A stretch of 64,000 nucleotides of DNA from Promethearchaeota archaeon (GTDB taxonomy: Archaea > Asgardarchaeota > Heimdallarchaeia > Hodarchaeales > Hodarchaeaceae). Numbering within the stretch: position 1 is the first letter of the stretch; each line of letters starts with the position of its first letter. This document shows positions 1 to 10,081 of the stretch, piece after piece. The stretch lies in NCBI GenBank assembly GCA_048938105.1, contig JBHLMN010000012.1, positions 32,001 through 96,000 of the forward strand. Direction: 5' to 3'. Both the position numbers and the translations under genes were made by a program. The notes below the pieces were generated by a model, which did not search any database, was not told the origin of the DNA, and saw nothing but the letters and a program-made list of their open reading frames with translations.

Positions 1-347
1 TCTGTAGGAAGTCCATAAGTTGTTATATCCACATTATGTTTTTGAGATCGAGAAAGAATCCATGCTTCAATGTAATTTGGAATAATGATCAATTTTATAT
101 TTTCTGAATCTTGACGACGCATTAAGCGAAGATCTTCATTATTATCAATCTGTACATAATTCCTTAGATCCTTTGGTTGTGTACTTGTAGGATCTTCATC
201 AACCATTCCGAGTGTACCAAAACCTTTCCGAAGACTATTTATGACTCTTCCTTTACCCGATTCATGACGAATCGAGGTAGCTGGAATTTCAAGAGATTGA
301 ACAAAATAGAAATCGAGATCACATTCAACTACGATCACCCAAATCAC
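1..347 (-). CDS. TOPRIM-like partner of the upstream ABC ATPase (runs off the window edge; not in the ORF track)
   Basis: Manual translation: VIWVIVVECDLDFYFVQSL...HESGKGRVINSL...GMVDEDP. It has a conserved E after a hydrophobic strand and a DxD-type motif. The GTG start overlaps the ATPase TGA stop (345-347). Confidence 0.6.
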   Translation of the reverse strand, partial: MIWVIVVECDLDFYFVQSLEIPATSIRHESGKGRVINSLRKGFGTLGMVDEDPTSTQPKDLRNYVQIDNNEDLRLMRRQDSENIKLIIIPNYIEAWILSRSQKHNVDITTYGLPT

Positions 348-1351
348 ATCTTATAGAATGAGCTGATATTAAAGAATGGATCTTTTTCTGAATCTAAAAT
401 GTCCTCAACTTCAGATGATGACAAAGATGTAAGTTTAGTTTGATAATCTTCAAAATAGGTAACAAAAGTGTTTGTAGTAGCTTTAGGTGCCTTAGCAAGA
501 ATTGAAGTCAAGAAATATGGATTATGGGTAGCAATAAAGTACTGATTTCGTGTGTCTAGGGCGATTTTTTCTGCAAGAAGTTTTGTATAATAAGGAAACA
601 CATGTCCCTCTGGTTCTTCGAACACTAGAATAGAATCTTTATTTGAATTGATCGCAAACATATAGAAGATCATATGTCTTAATGTATTTGATGTGACGAT
701 ATAGGGATATAAAATAATAGTATCATTAACTTGTTTCTGGATTTCAAAATTAAGGTCTTGTGGTTTGAAAACAAGACTAAAACCGAAGTCTTTAACCATT
801 TGTTGTATTAATGATCTGTGGGCATTATTACCATAAATCACAGAGAACAAATTAGATCCGTTTGGTGGTAGTAAAAACTCCCTCATTTTACTTTGGAATT
901 GAATGAGATTTTTGAAACGATAGAATTTTATTGCTTTGAGTAAAGGAAGAATTTCAGTTATAAAATGTCCTGTGGAACTTCCACCTGCATATTCCCCGTT
1001 ATGATTAAACCTAGCTTCACCTTTTGAGCTAGACTCCTGAAGAATAAAAACATCATATTCATATCGCAAAGAGAATGTAATATGGTTGATTCGCATTATA
1101 ATTGAATTTTCGGTTAAATCATCATAAAAAAGATTAGATATGTTTTGAAATCGTACAAAATCACTTAATATTGAAGGATCATAACCCCATGCACTAAGGA
1201 GACCTAAAACTTCTAATAAATTAGATTTACCTGAATTAGGTTCACCTATGAGGAGGTTAATTCGCTGGGGTTTCATTTGTAATTCTTTTATTGATTTGAA
1301 ATTAGAAATAGCCAGATTCTTGATCATCATGAGGAAACCTCCTTTGTGCAA
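344..1351 (-). CDS. ABC-type (AAA_15/AAA_21-like) ATPase
   Basis: N-terminal ISNFKSI, Walker A GEPNSGKS, Walker B/D-loop LVFEEPEGH, H-loop IATHNP. Confidence 0.9.
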   Translation of the reverse strand: MHKGGFLMMIKNLAISNFKSIKELQMKPQRINLLIGEPNSGKSNLLEVLGLLSAWGYDPSILSDFVRFQNISNLFYDDLTENSIIMRINHITFSLRYEYDVFILQESSSKGEARFNHNGEYAGGSSTGHFITEILPLLKAIKFYRFKNLIQFQSKMREFLLPPNGSNLFSVIYGNNAHRSLIQQMVKDFGFSLVFKPQDLNFEIQKQVNDTIILYPYIVTSNTLRHMIFYMFAINSNKDSILVFEEPEGHVFPYYTKLLAEKIALDTRNQYFIATHNPYFLTSILAKAPKATTNTFVTYFEDYQTKLTSLSSSEVEDILDSEKDPFFNISSFYKM

Positions 1352-1598
1352 AATTATTATTTAATCAACCATAAATGCCTTTCTAATCCTTCCTTATCAA
1401 TTATGTGGATATCCATCAAAACTTTATCCAATAGTCTTCTTTACAAATTTAAAATCAGAATATAAGTAGGATTTTTAAACTAAAATGAACTTTGAATTAA
1501 TAAATTCAATATATAATGGACTTTTTTCACTTCCTAAAAATAGTTTTTCAACAAATTTTTCTAAATTAGAATAGTACTGATGAAAATATATAGGTTGA

Positions 1599-1626
1599 AT
1601 GTCGCAAAAGGCTGGTATAGATAGCA
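1599..1626 (-). repeat. 28-bp dif-like site, copy 1
   Basis: Top strand ATGTCGCAAAA-GGCTGG-TATAGATAGCA; conserved arm plus CCAGCC spacer on the minus strand. Confidence 0.75.
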
Positions 1627-2296
1627 AAAATGCCTACTATACATCACCCCATTCTTCTATACTTGATTTTGGTTGAGAGCTCATCATAAAATAGAAGTAG
1701 TATAAATCCTGACTCCAAAGTTTTTGATAATTGGGAGAATGCAATCAAAATAAAGGCTAGAATTAATCAAATTGTATCAGAGTTTTGAATTAATATTAAG
1801 CCGAGAATACAAGGGAAACCACCGCTCCAACAAGAATTGTGGCAATTCCAGAGGCGCAAAGTATCGAATTTATGGAATACGTTGCTAATGCGACTGTGAA
1901 AGCATCAAATGACATTTTCAATACTCTTTTCATTTTTTTTGCTCCATGGATTCTTGTATTTCGGTGGCAGCATAAAGAAATGAGAGGACTTCTCATTTAC
2001 ACAAGCTCGTGAATTTTTCCTTCTTAAGAATCAGGAGCCTTGTGGTTTCCCGGATTCATCGAACCTGCCAAATATTCCAATTGTATTACTCCTAATAAAG
2101 GTTTGCACAAACATATTTCTGGTATGAAAGGTTATAACATAATCACTTGTACCGTCAAATATTATAAACACATTTATGTTCGAGTGATAATATTGCTACA
2201 AACAGAATCAAAAGAATATAAGAAAAAAGATGATTAAGATAAAGTAATACCTGTTTATTTAGACATTGGTTTCGAGAAAACAAATTTTACAAGTGA

Positions 2297-2324
2297 ATGT
2301 CGTCAAACCACCATTATCCCACTG
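2297..2324 (+). repeat. 28-bp dif-like site, copy 2
   Basis: ATGTCGTCAAA-CCACCA-TTATCCCACTG; left arm identical to copies 4 and 11. Confidence 0.65.
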
Positions 2325-2565
2325 TTTTATTATTACAACAATTGAAAAACATTGAGGAGGATTAAAAAAAGTTTCTCAGAATTCAAGTTCAATACTTATT
2401 TCTACCATGGTATTCCCATTGCAATAAAGAGAATTTTTCTTAGCCTTTTCAATATCTGCAATTACATCATTAGAAGGATGGGGGGAATATAAATCTGACG
2501 CAGATGCGAACACCTAATGTTTCGAAGGAAAAAAGGGAATTAATGAATATATTGTTTTACTTTTT

Positions 2566-2593
2566 TTTTCGTAAAAGTCTGGATTAGCACCTT
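2566..2593 (-). repeat. 28-bp dif-like site, copy 3
   Basis: Top strand TTTTCGTAAAA-GTCTGG-ATTAGCACCTT. Confidence 0.6.
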
Positions 2594-2693
2594 TGGAAAA
2601 TATTTAATGTCAATAATTGAATGATATTGTTTTACACTATTTTTACTAGCCATTATTCAGACAAATTCTTTTAATAAAACTTCTCTACAATTT

Positions 2694-5288
2694 TCATGTG
2701 TCAAAGACACCTTCTTTTATTTTTAGAGGATTTCCTACTAGGAGAAGTTTGACTTCCCCTTGATATTTCAAAGATTTCAGTGAATTTGGTATTTTTTTCA
2801 ACTTATTATAAGACAAATTTAATTGTTTGAGTCTATTTAGTTTCTTTATCGATTCTGGGACATCAATCAGTTGATTATATGATATATTTAAGTTCTGTAA
2901 TTTCTCGAGGTGGCCAATTGTTTCTGGTATGTGTTTTAATTGGTTGTTCCATAAATTTAAAGATTTTAGTTCGGTGAGGTGAGTGATTGTATCAGGTATC
3001 TGTGTTAGTTTGTTATCTGCTAGATCTAAGTTCTGTAATTCCTTGAGATGACCAATTGTTTCTGGTATGTGTGTCAGTCTGTTACTTGACAGATCTAAAT
3101 CTTTTAATTGAGTGAGACGGGTAATTGCGTCAATAAAATTGGTTAGTTGATTGTCTGATAAATTTAAAGATCTTAATTGTGTAAGATGGGTAATTGTGTC
3201 AGGTAAACTAGTCAATAAATTATCTGTGAAGTCCAGATCTTGTAAATGGGTATGTTGTTTTATTGTCTCTGGTATTTGTGTCAGTTGGAGATCAATTAAA
3301 TCTAGATCATAAAATTGATCCAGTTGGTCAGTCGATTCAGGTTGGTTAGTCCTTTGTTTATTTGATAGATCAATAGAAATCAAGTTTCCATTAGTATCAG
3401 GATAAAGATAATCAGAATACGGTGAAGATATATTGGAATTTGAAATTAATTCGAATAACAATTGAGGAATAATCCAACGGTTCTTTCCTGATTTAAGAAT
3501 GGTCCAAATCCATAACTCTTCCCAAATTTCTTTTGGATTTGTACGATTGAATTTTTTCTCTAAAAATTGGTTGGTTTTTTCTATTTCTATGTTTAAAATA
3601 TCTCTTGATCTCTTCAAAAGTGATGAATCGTCACATTGCTGGATAATACTCTTGTACCAATGAGCTAAATTAGTATGAGGAAAAATCCAGTGCTTGTTTT
3701 CCATTTTTCCAATAGATATCAAACCAATTATTCTTGCTATTCCACCTAATCTTTTCCTAATTCGTTTTTGGAGTTTTTTGCCTGGGATTCTGTCAAAATA
3801 CGATTGAACAATTGCTATACGAGCAAGTTCATAACCTATCTTGATAATAATTCGTTCTTGTTCACTAGTGTCGAATCGTTGAGTTTTTCTTTTGTTATAT
3901 TGCAGATAATGATTTATTGAGCTGTGTAAGGTACTCAACAGGATCTTTTCATATAACGTCTTTAAATGATCCAATGTTATTGTCTCATGACAAAACGGGT
4001 CATTTGTCTTGATGATTAGGTCTGACCAACTACTTAATGCCAATCTGGTCAAAACTAGATCGTTTTCTGTTAAACTAATGAAGTGTTTTCGTAATGCTTT
4101 ATAAGGAGGTAAATCCTGTAAATTTCTATCAACAATTGTTGCTTTAAGTAAGGCATCGCAAGACAAAAGAAAATGAAACTCTATTTTTGCATTTTCCATC
4201 CATTGATCTTCAATAAAAGGATTTTCTTCAAGTGGTCGTGATAGAAACCAGGTATGAATTTTTATTGTTTTGTTGTCTTGCTGATTTGCATTATATGATA
4301 AAGTATCACAGATTTTACTTATATTTTTCATAGTTCGGAATGGATCGGTTACCAAATGGAGATCATCCAACACAAAACATATAATTTGATGTTTATTCCA
4401 ATCTGCTTCTGCGATCAGTTTAATATCTTTTTCTAAGGTTTGACTCGTAATATAAGGATCGTCCCAAGTCTTTTCTTTGAATGAATAGTAAAAAGAGTTG
4501 AATTGAAATTCATCTGCCCCTAAATAACGATTCTTTGTTTCAAACATGACTTTACTGAAGGGCTGTTTACTTAAGTCTCTCTCATTCAAAAGATCCTCTA
4601 AAAATGCCATCATGCCTAATGCTTGACTAGTTTTTCCTCCTCCTGCTGATTCTGTTGTAAACGCGACTTGATAATTCGAAAAGGCCTCGATTAAGCGTTT
4701 AAACGCTTTTTCTGAAATTGGTGCCCAGCTTCTAAAATCTGTGAGTGTAACCCAAGGATATAATTCAGAAGTAGTTTTGTTCTTTATCCTAAATATTAAA
4801 GGTGTTTCTTTTAAGTATGATAGACTAAGCTTTGGGGATTTCTTCACTTTTTGCTTTATGGGAATATAATTCTCTGGTTTTAAGACTTCTAATATTGATA
4901 GAACTATCTGCTTCAATCCTTTTTCGGTTTTGATTGCGCTAAGATTAGCTAAAAATGGAGAATGGTGTAAAAAATCGTCACGTGATATTCCATGCCAGAT
5001 TGGCAAAATGAACTTACCCTCTTTGATTTGTCTTTGGATCAAACCATCTAGTTCATATTCAGGCCATTCTTTTGCAAAAAATGCTTGGCTAAAAACAACA
5101 ACGGCAAATCGTGATTTCTGAATTCCTTCGTCTATTTTTTTTCTTAAATTATCCCCGAGAGTTAAACTTATTTCATCATAAAAAACCTTTATTCCATGTA
5201 ATTCTAGATCTTTTGCTAATGGTTTTACAAGCTCCTCCTTGTCTTCAGAAGCATGACAGATAAATAGATCATATGTGAATTCAGACAT
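2694..5288 (-). CDS. TIR - P-loop NTPase (STAND-like) - leucine-rich repeat protein (NLR-like architecture)
   Basis: N-terminal TIR (YDLFICHASEDK...WPEYEL, catalytic Glu kept); variant Walker A ESAGGGKTS; Walker B CFVLDDLH; about 8 C-terminal 23-aa LRRs (LxxLxLxxNxLxxIPxxI). Confidence 0.85.
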   Translation of the reverse strand: MSEFTYDLFICHASEDKEELVKPLAKDLELHGIKVFYDEISLTLGDNLRKKIDEGIQKSRFAVVVFSQAFFAKEWPEYELDGLIQRQIKEGKFILPIWHGISRDDFLHHSPFLANLSAIKTEKGLKQIVLSILEVLKPENYIPIKQKVKKSPKLSLSYLKETPLIFRIKNKTTSELYPWVTLTDFRSWAPISEKAFKRLIEAFSNYQVAFTTESAGGGKTSQALGMMAFLEDLLNERDLSKQPFSKVMFETKNRYLGADEFQFNSFYYSFKEKTWDDPYITSQTLEKDIKLIAEADWNKHQIICFVLDDLHLVTDPFRTMKNISKICDTLSYNANQQDNKTIKIHTWFLSRPLEENPFIEDQWMENAKIEFHFLLSCDALLKATIVDRNLQDLPPYKALRKHFISLTENDLVLTRLALSSWSDLIIKTNDPFCHETITLDHLKTLYEKILLSTLHSSINHYLQYNKRKTQRFDTSEQERIIIKIGYELARIAIVQSYFDRIPGKKLQKRIRKRLGGIARIIGLISIGKMENKHWIFPHTNLAHWYKSIIQQCDDSSLLKRSRDILNIEIEKTNQFLEKKFNRTNPKEIWEELWIWTILKSGKNRWIIPQLLFELISNSNISSPYSDYLYPDTNGNLISIDLSNKQRTNQPESTDQLDQFYDLDLIDLQLTQIPETIKQHTHLQDLDFTDNLLTSLPDTITHLTQLRSLNLSDNQLTNFIDAITRLTQLKDLDLSSNRLTHIPETIGHLKELQNLDLADNKLTQIPDTITHLTELKSLNLWNNQLKHIPETIGHLEKLQNLNISYNQLIDVPESIKKLNRLKQLNLSYNKLKKIPNSLKSLKYQGEVKLLLVGNPLKIKEGVFDT
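2740..3310 (-). repeat. LRR-coding tandem repeats (69-bp period; approximate limits)
   Basis: Near-identical units such as HIPETIGHL (x2) and PDTITHLT (x2); DNA repeat CCAATTGTTTCTGGTATGTGT occurs twice. Confidence 0.85.
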
Positions 5289-5351
5289 TTATCTTACCTT
5301 ATAAACAACATCTGGTCACTAAGAGCAACAAATAACAATAAAATCATCTCT

Positions 5352-6440
5352 TCATAAATCTTGCAAGAATTTATCCAGACTATGAAGCTCTGAAACCTCT
5401 AAAAGATTATTAGCTGTCATTGTATTTTGATATTGTTTCACATTCTTATAGAACCGTGGGATTGCACGCGAATGTTCTTTAAACTCTCCTTTTTTCATAT
5501 AACCAACGAAATAAATGTTGGTATCGTATATCCATATATTCTCCCAATCATTTTGAAGAATACATACTTTTTCTCGTGTTTTCCTCCTTACTTTAAAACC
5601 GAATTTTGGTTCAATAATCTCTCTAGGCATATCAGTTTCTGCTTTAATTGTTAAAGTTCCTTGAGGAATCATTCCATTAGGTACATGGACATAGAAAAGT
5701 TGAAAGAAACTGTTTTGCGTTTTAGATTTTGGAGGGTTGCCTTTTAAAATTACTTTTTCAAACATAAACTTTCTATAACTTGATGTTCCTCCGATTACGA
5801 TTTCTTTACTATGATCATCTTCGTTATTGGAGATGATAGTGATTCGACCGAGTTGGGATGGTCCATAGGCTTTTATGAACTTCTGAGGTTTCACCCATGC
5901 ATATTCCCAAAAGGAGTGTATAAAGTATTTTTTGTATCTACTTTCTTGGAATGAATCAAGGTCAATACAACCATTATCTGGAGTTAATTTACCAGTTACA
6001 AACGCAAAAATGTAGAAATCATCGTCTATCATTGATTTAGCTTTCAATTGATCTGATGGTACTAAAGCTGCACAATCTAGAAGCCATTTGGTAGATGAAG
6101 GAGATAAATCCCCAATATTCTTTGATTCTAGATAAGAAGAATCAAGATCTAGAAAAAATGATTTGATATCACATTTGTGAGTGTTTATAGTAAGACTATA
6201 ACGATCAACATCGTACCACTTGGTTCCCCTTTCTTTTTCATACATTACGTTTTTAGTTTCTAGTAACTCTTCAAAAGCAAGTTCAGGAATGATTCCCTTT
6301 ACAAGATTTTTCATCCGGTAATATGGATTTGCGCTTGACATTCTATTAAAGGTCGAGTTTAAAGCTTTTTCTGCATATTTTATACCTTGAAGTATCCATT
6401 TGTCTTTGGTTTCTATGTGTATTATATCTTCATCAAGCAT
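5352..6440 (-). CDS. Putative PD-(D/E)xK restriction-endonuclease-like protein
   Basis: KGIIPELAFEELL helix followed by D...CDIKS, resembling type II REase active sites; directly upstream of, and co-oriented with, the TIR-NTPase-LRR gene. Confidence 0.45.
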   Translation of the reverse strand: MLDEDIIHIETKDKWILQGIKYAEKALNSTFNRMSSANPYYRMKNLVKGIIPELAFEELLETKNVMYEKERGTKWYDVDRYSLTINTHKCDIKSFFLDLDSSYLESKNIGDLSPSSTKWLLDCAALVPSDQLKAKSMIDDDFYIFAFVTGKLTPDNGCIDLDSFQESRYKKYFIHSFWEYAWVKPQKFIKAYGPSQLGRITIISNNEDDHSKEIVIGGTSSYRKFMFEKVILKGNPPKSKTQNSFFQLFYVHVPNGMIPQGTLTIKAETDMPREIIEPKFGFKVRRKTREKVCILQNDWENIWIYDTNIYFVGYMKKGEFKEHSRAIPRFYKNVKQYQNTMTANNLLEVSELHSLDKFLQDL

Positions 6441-7003
6441 TTTTTATCTCTCATAGCATGAAAAGTTTGTGGTTTTAGCTAAAGTAAAAACTTTTCTCTG
6501 CTTTAGTGTACGTAAGTATAAATCGGATTCTAATCACTTTTTATTTGGCTTCTGAAAGAATACACAATGGATTATAATTTTGAAAAACTGTTCTTTAATA
6601 GGCTTAAAACTTCTTTAATCTTATCTCTTGGATTCATTTTTCTACTTTTCATTTTGAAACGATAAACCCTCATCAAGAGTCTAGGATCTTAATTTCAGAG
6701 ACATTAACAGAAATGGGTGTTACAAAGGGTAGTTTAATTAATCTAGATACTAATGGAACTTCTGAAAAAGCACATTGTTAAACTAACCTCCCAGATATTT
6801 GTAAAAAGTTCGATAGCTATTTTCTAGTTTGATCTAAGTTAATTTATTAATTTTTTACACAGATAAGATAAGAGTAAATGGACTTTTAATAGCAAATTAA
6901 AGAGATAAATTTTAGTTATAATGATTAGATAATGCTTTATTATTCAATTGAACAATAGCTAGAAAAGTCGATTAGTATAATCATTAGCTTTATTCGAAAA
7001 GAA

Positions 7004-7981
7004 ATGGAATTGAGATATGTTATGTATCAAGACTATATTATTTATCTTCGTCAAGGAGCAGACCGATGGAATACTTGGCGTCATAAAAATCCTAGAATAA
7101 AACCTAATCTATCACGACAGATATTTCCTAAACTTGATTTGTCAGAATTTGACTTTTCTTACACCGATTTTTCCAACTCGAATCTTTCTGAATTGAACCT
7201 ATCAGAATCAGTGTTGTATAAAGCTAATTTTTCATATTCTGATCTTTCTAATACCGATCTTTCGAAAACAAGCCTATATTATACTACTTTTTTTCGAACT
7301 GATCTAAGGAATACTAATTTTTCTCTATCTAAACTACGTGGTACGAGTTTCACTTTCACTGATCTTAGTCAATCTAAATATTTAGATACAATCGAACATC
7401 AAGGTCCGAGCAGCATTGATATCTCTACTCTTCATCAGTCAAAAAAACTTCCTAAAAGCTTTTTACGGGGATTAGGAGTTCCTGAACTGTATATCAGGAA
7501 TCTTTCAGTATTTATTACACATGAATGGCAATTCTATACCTGTTTTATTTCCCATAGTAGTCATGATAAGGCTTTTGTACGAAAGCTTTATAATGCTCTT
7601 CAACATCAAGGAATCCGTTGTTGGTATGATAAAGAAGATGCTACATGGGGGAAAGAAATCAAACCGATTCTTAATGAAAAAATCGAAGAGTTTGACAAAG
7701 TTGTGGTTGTTTGCAGTGAAGATTCCCTCAAATCAGAATGGGTAAATCATGAGATTGAAAGAGCTTTGCAAAAGGAAGAAAAGAACCGAGAAATCGAATC
7801 TATACCTGAAATCTTATTCCCTATAATAATAGATAAGTCCCTCTCTAATTGGCTAAATCATCTAAAGAAGTTTGGAGTAGAACGTATTATCGGGGACTTC
7901 TATGATTGGAGGAGTCCAATAAAATTTAATCAGAGCCTCACACGATTGGTGCAGGCCTTAAAGAGTGATTCCCCACGATAA
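7004..7981 (+). CDS. Pentapeptide-repeat + C-terminal TIR protein
   Basis: WNTWRHKNP cap, (x)DLS/(x)NFS pentapeptide repeats, then TIR CFISHSSHDK...SEWVNHEI with catalytic Glu. Confidence 0.9.
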   Translation: MELRYVMYQDYIIYLRQGADRWNTWRHKNPRIKPNLSRQIFPKLDLSEFDFSYTDFSNSNLSELNLSESVLYKANFSYSDLSNTDLSKTSLYYTTFFRTDLRNTNFSLSKLRGTSFTFTDLSQSKYLDTIEHQGPSSIDISTLHQSKKLPKSFLRGLGVPELYIRNLSVFITHEWQFYTCFISHSSHDKAFVRKLYNALQHQGIRCWYDKEDATWGKEIKPILNEKIEEFDKVVVVCSEDSLKSEWVNHEIERALQKEEKNREIESIPEILFPIIIDKSLSNWLNHLKKFGVERIIGDFYDWRSPIKFNQSLTRLVQALKSDSPR

Positions 7982-8044
7982 TACAATAATGTAATCTAAC
8001 CCTAACTTGGATTTTATAAAACTATGATTTTCTTTATTACCTCC

Positions 8045-8458
8045 CTACTCATGATATGCAGTATATTGAAAAGCATGAGTTAAGGCTCTTCTTATATTTA
8101 TTCTGTCCCACTGAAAGATAGGAATACTCTTAGTCGAAATGAGGTGTGGTGGTACGAAGCGATTTGGAGTAACAACAATAGCTGCAATTCCGATATGTAG
8201 AGAACTCGCCACTGATAATTCATGGTCGACCCACTCACTTTGAAAGGTATTTTGTCCAAGTAAACAAACCAAAGCACGGCAGGGATTAATCAATTCATTG
8301 AGATATTTTCGCACTTCATCATACCCATATATTCTATAATCCTCTCGTGCTGAAATCGGGGTATGATTAAATTTGGCATTGGGATTTTGCATTAGTCCTT
8401 CAAATGCTTCTCGATAGTCTCGATCTTTTTCCTTATAACTAACGAAAACTTTTGCCAT
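8045..8458 (-). CDS. thsB: Thoeris ThsB-like TIR (MTH538/DUF1863 type)
   Basis: KVFVSY...LVCLLGQNTFQSEWVDHEL; stand-alone 137-aa TIR. Confidence 0.75.
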   Translation of the reverse strand: MAKVFVSYKEKDRDYREAFEGLMQNPNAKFNHTPISAREDYRIYGYDEVRKYLNELINPCRALVCLLGQNTFQSEWVDHELSVASSLHIGIAAIVVTPNRFVPPHLISTKSIPIFQWDRINIRRALTHAFQYTAYHE

Positions 8459-8665
8459 ATTTTCTACGCCAAAGTATTACTTAATTTCTAGTTAAGAAGG
8501 AATACATCATATACATGTTCGAAAAGTTTATTTATTATACTTATTAGATTCTTCCTAAAAATCCTTCAACGATTAATAGCACTATAAAGTAAAAAGGTTG
8601 AGGGAATTAAGTTATCCAAATAAAGAATCAAAATTGTGTTATCAATAAAAACATGGGGAAGTTAA

Positions 8666-9202
8666 ATGACTAAGCGACACAAAGTATTTTTATGTTTTCA
8701 TCATGAAAATGATGAGAACTATAAGAACCAATTCGAGCAAAAATTTGGTAGTTTGTATGTATCAAAATCAGTGGAGATAGGAGACATTGATCCTAATTTA
8801 AAAACAGAAACAATAAGACGTAAGATAAGAGATGAATATTTAAGAGATTCAACTGTAACAGTTGTTCTTGTTGGCAAAGAAACATGGAAAAGAAAACATG
8901 TGGATTGGGAAATTTCTTCTAGTATTCGACATACTCAATACAATCCTAGATCTGGTCTCCTAGGACTTATTCTGCCCACACATCCAAATTTTTCTACAGA
9001 AACATATGATCCGCATATCATTCCTCCACGATTATATGATAATATTGAATGTGGATTTGCTAAAATTTATAATTGGACCGATGATGTTTCAACAATTGAA
9101 CAGCGTATCCATGACGCTTTTCAACGTAAGGATAAAATTCTACCAGACAATTCAAGATTACTCTTCAAGAATAACCGCTCTGGGGATAAATGGCAAGATT
9201 GA
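8666..9202 (+). CDS. thsB: Thoeris ThsB-like TIR (MTH538/DUF1863 type)
   Basis: HKVFLCFHH...DSTVTVVLVGKETWKRKHVDWEI...GLLGLILP...PPRL. Confidence 0.85.
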   Translation: MTKRHKVFLCFHHENDENYKNQFEQKFGSLYVSKSVEIGDIDPNLKTETIRRKIRDEYLRDSTVTVVLVGKETWKRKHVDWEISSSIRHTQYNPRSGLLGLILPTHPNFSTETYDPHIIPPRLYDNIECGFAKIYNWTDDVSTIEQRIHDAFQRKDKILPDNSRLLFKNNRSGDKWQD

Positions 9203-9332
9203 AAAAACAAATTTTCCAATTAGAACTAATCTCAGTTTAAATTCGTCTTTTTCCTTAGTATCATTTAAAAAGAGAAATTTAGCTCCTCTTGGAACAGAAA
9301 ACCTTTTCTCATATTTAAATGAGGAGTTTATT

Positions 9333-9863
9333 ATGCCAAAAGTAAAAGAGGTTACTGTTAATATCGGAGTTAAGGATGTTTTTTCAATAAGTGGTACTTT
9401 TGTTCCAAACAAAAATGAAGAAGAGGCTGCCTGGGAATTATATGTAGAATTGATAACCCGAATCACAGTTGTTAAGCTAAAAAAAGACAAAGGTTTTCTG
9501 AGAGAAGCATTAAATTCTTATCATAGTTTATTTAAGACAACAAGGGGAATTATGCGGGAAAAAGGCCCAGATTTAGCAAGACCCAAATCAAGTAGTAAAA
9601 TTACACTTGGTTTAATAGCTGTTTCAGTTTTAAATTATGTTTTAAGGCCATTGCTGACAGAATGGCACCCAATTTTAGAAGATTATGAATCGACACGTCC
9701 AAAAAACCTTTCACGAAAAGCTCATGAAGATAAATGGGAAAACAACAAAGACCTAAGAGATAAAATTGCTGAGACTAGAGAAACTTTACTACATTATGCC
9801 CAGCTACTTGCTGATATTGCAAAAGTTGAACCAATCCACATTGTTCCAGCTCCTCTTACCTAG
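9333..9863 (+). CDS. Conserved helical hypothetical protein downstream of thsB
   Basis: ATG at 9333 preceded by GAGGAG; motifs AAWELYVELITR, LREALNSYHSLF, LRPLLTEWHP. The ORF-track start at 9006 overlaps thsB and is unlikely. Confidence 0.75.
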   Translation: MPKVKEVTVNIGVKDVFSISGTFVPNKNEEEAAWELYVELITRITVVKLKKDKGFLREALNSYHSLFKTTRGIMREKGPDLARPKSSSKITLGLIAVSVLNYVLRPLLTEWHPILEDYESTRPKNLSRKAHEDKWENNKDLRDKIAETRETLLHYAQLLADIAKVEPIHIVPAPLT

Positions 9864-10006
9864 AGGGATTAAGAAGTTCCAGTGTTGAAATTATTTCAAA
9901 TTGATAAACATCCACATTGCGAATTGTTGGTTCTCATTCATGTAATTTATAACAGCTCATATCTAATTACAAATAATCTGTACAACTATGGAATTTTTTT
10001 TCTCAA

Positions 10007-10034
10007 ATGTCGTCAAACCAGCCTGAGAGAAGCT
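10007..10034 (+). repeat. 28-bp dif-like site, copy 4
   Basis: ATGTCGTCAAA-CCAGCC-TGAGAGAAGCT, between two convergent gene ends. Confidence 0.75.
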
Positions 10035-10081
10035 TTCTGAGGGAATAGAAGCCCCTAAGAAAGATAATTAATTGTAAAATA

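Noticed and set aside
1796-2237. Short ORFs 1796-1996 and 2040-2237
   Set aside because: No recognisable motifs or SD; possibly decayed sequence between sites 1 and 2.
8515-8542. Possible extra dif-like site ATGTTCGAAAA-GTTTAT
   Set aside because: The arm is mis-registered and the spacer does not match CCAGCC; this is expected by chance in AT-rich DNA.
9006-9332. N-terminal extension of the 9006-9863 ORF
   Set aside because: It overlaps thsB out of frame; a strong SD and ATG at 9333 give a better start.
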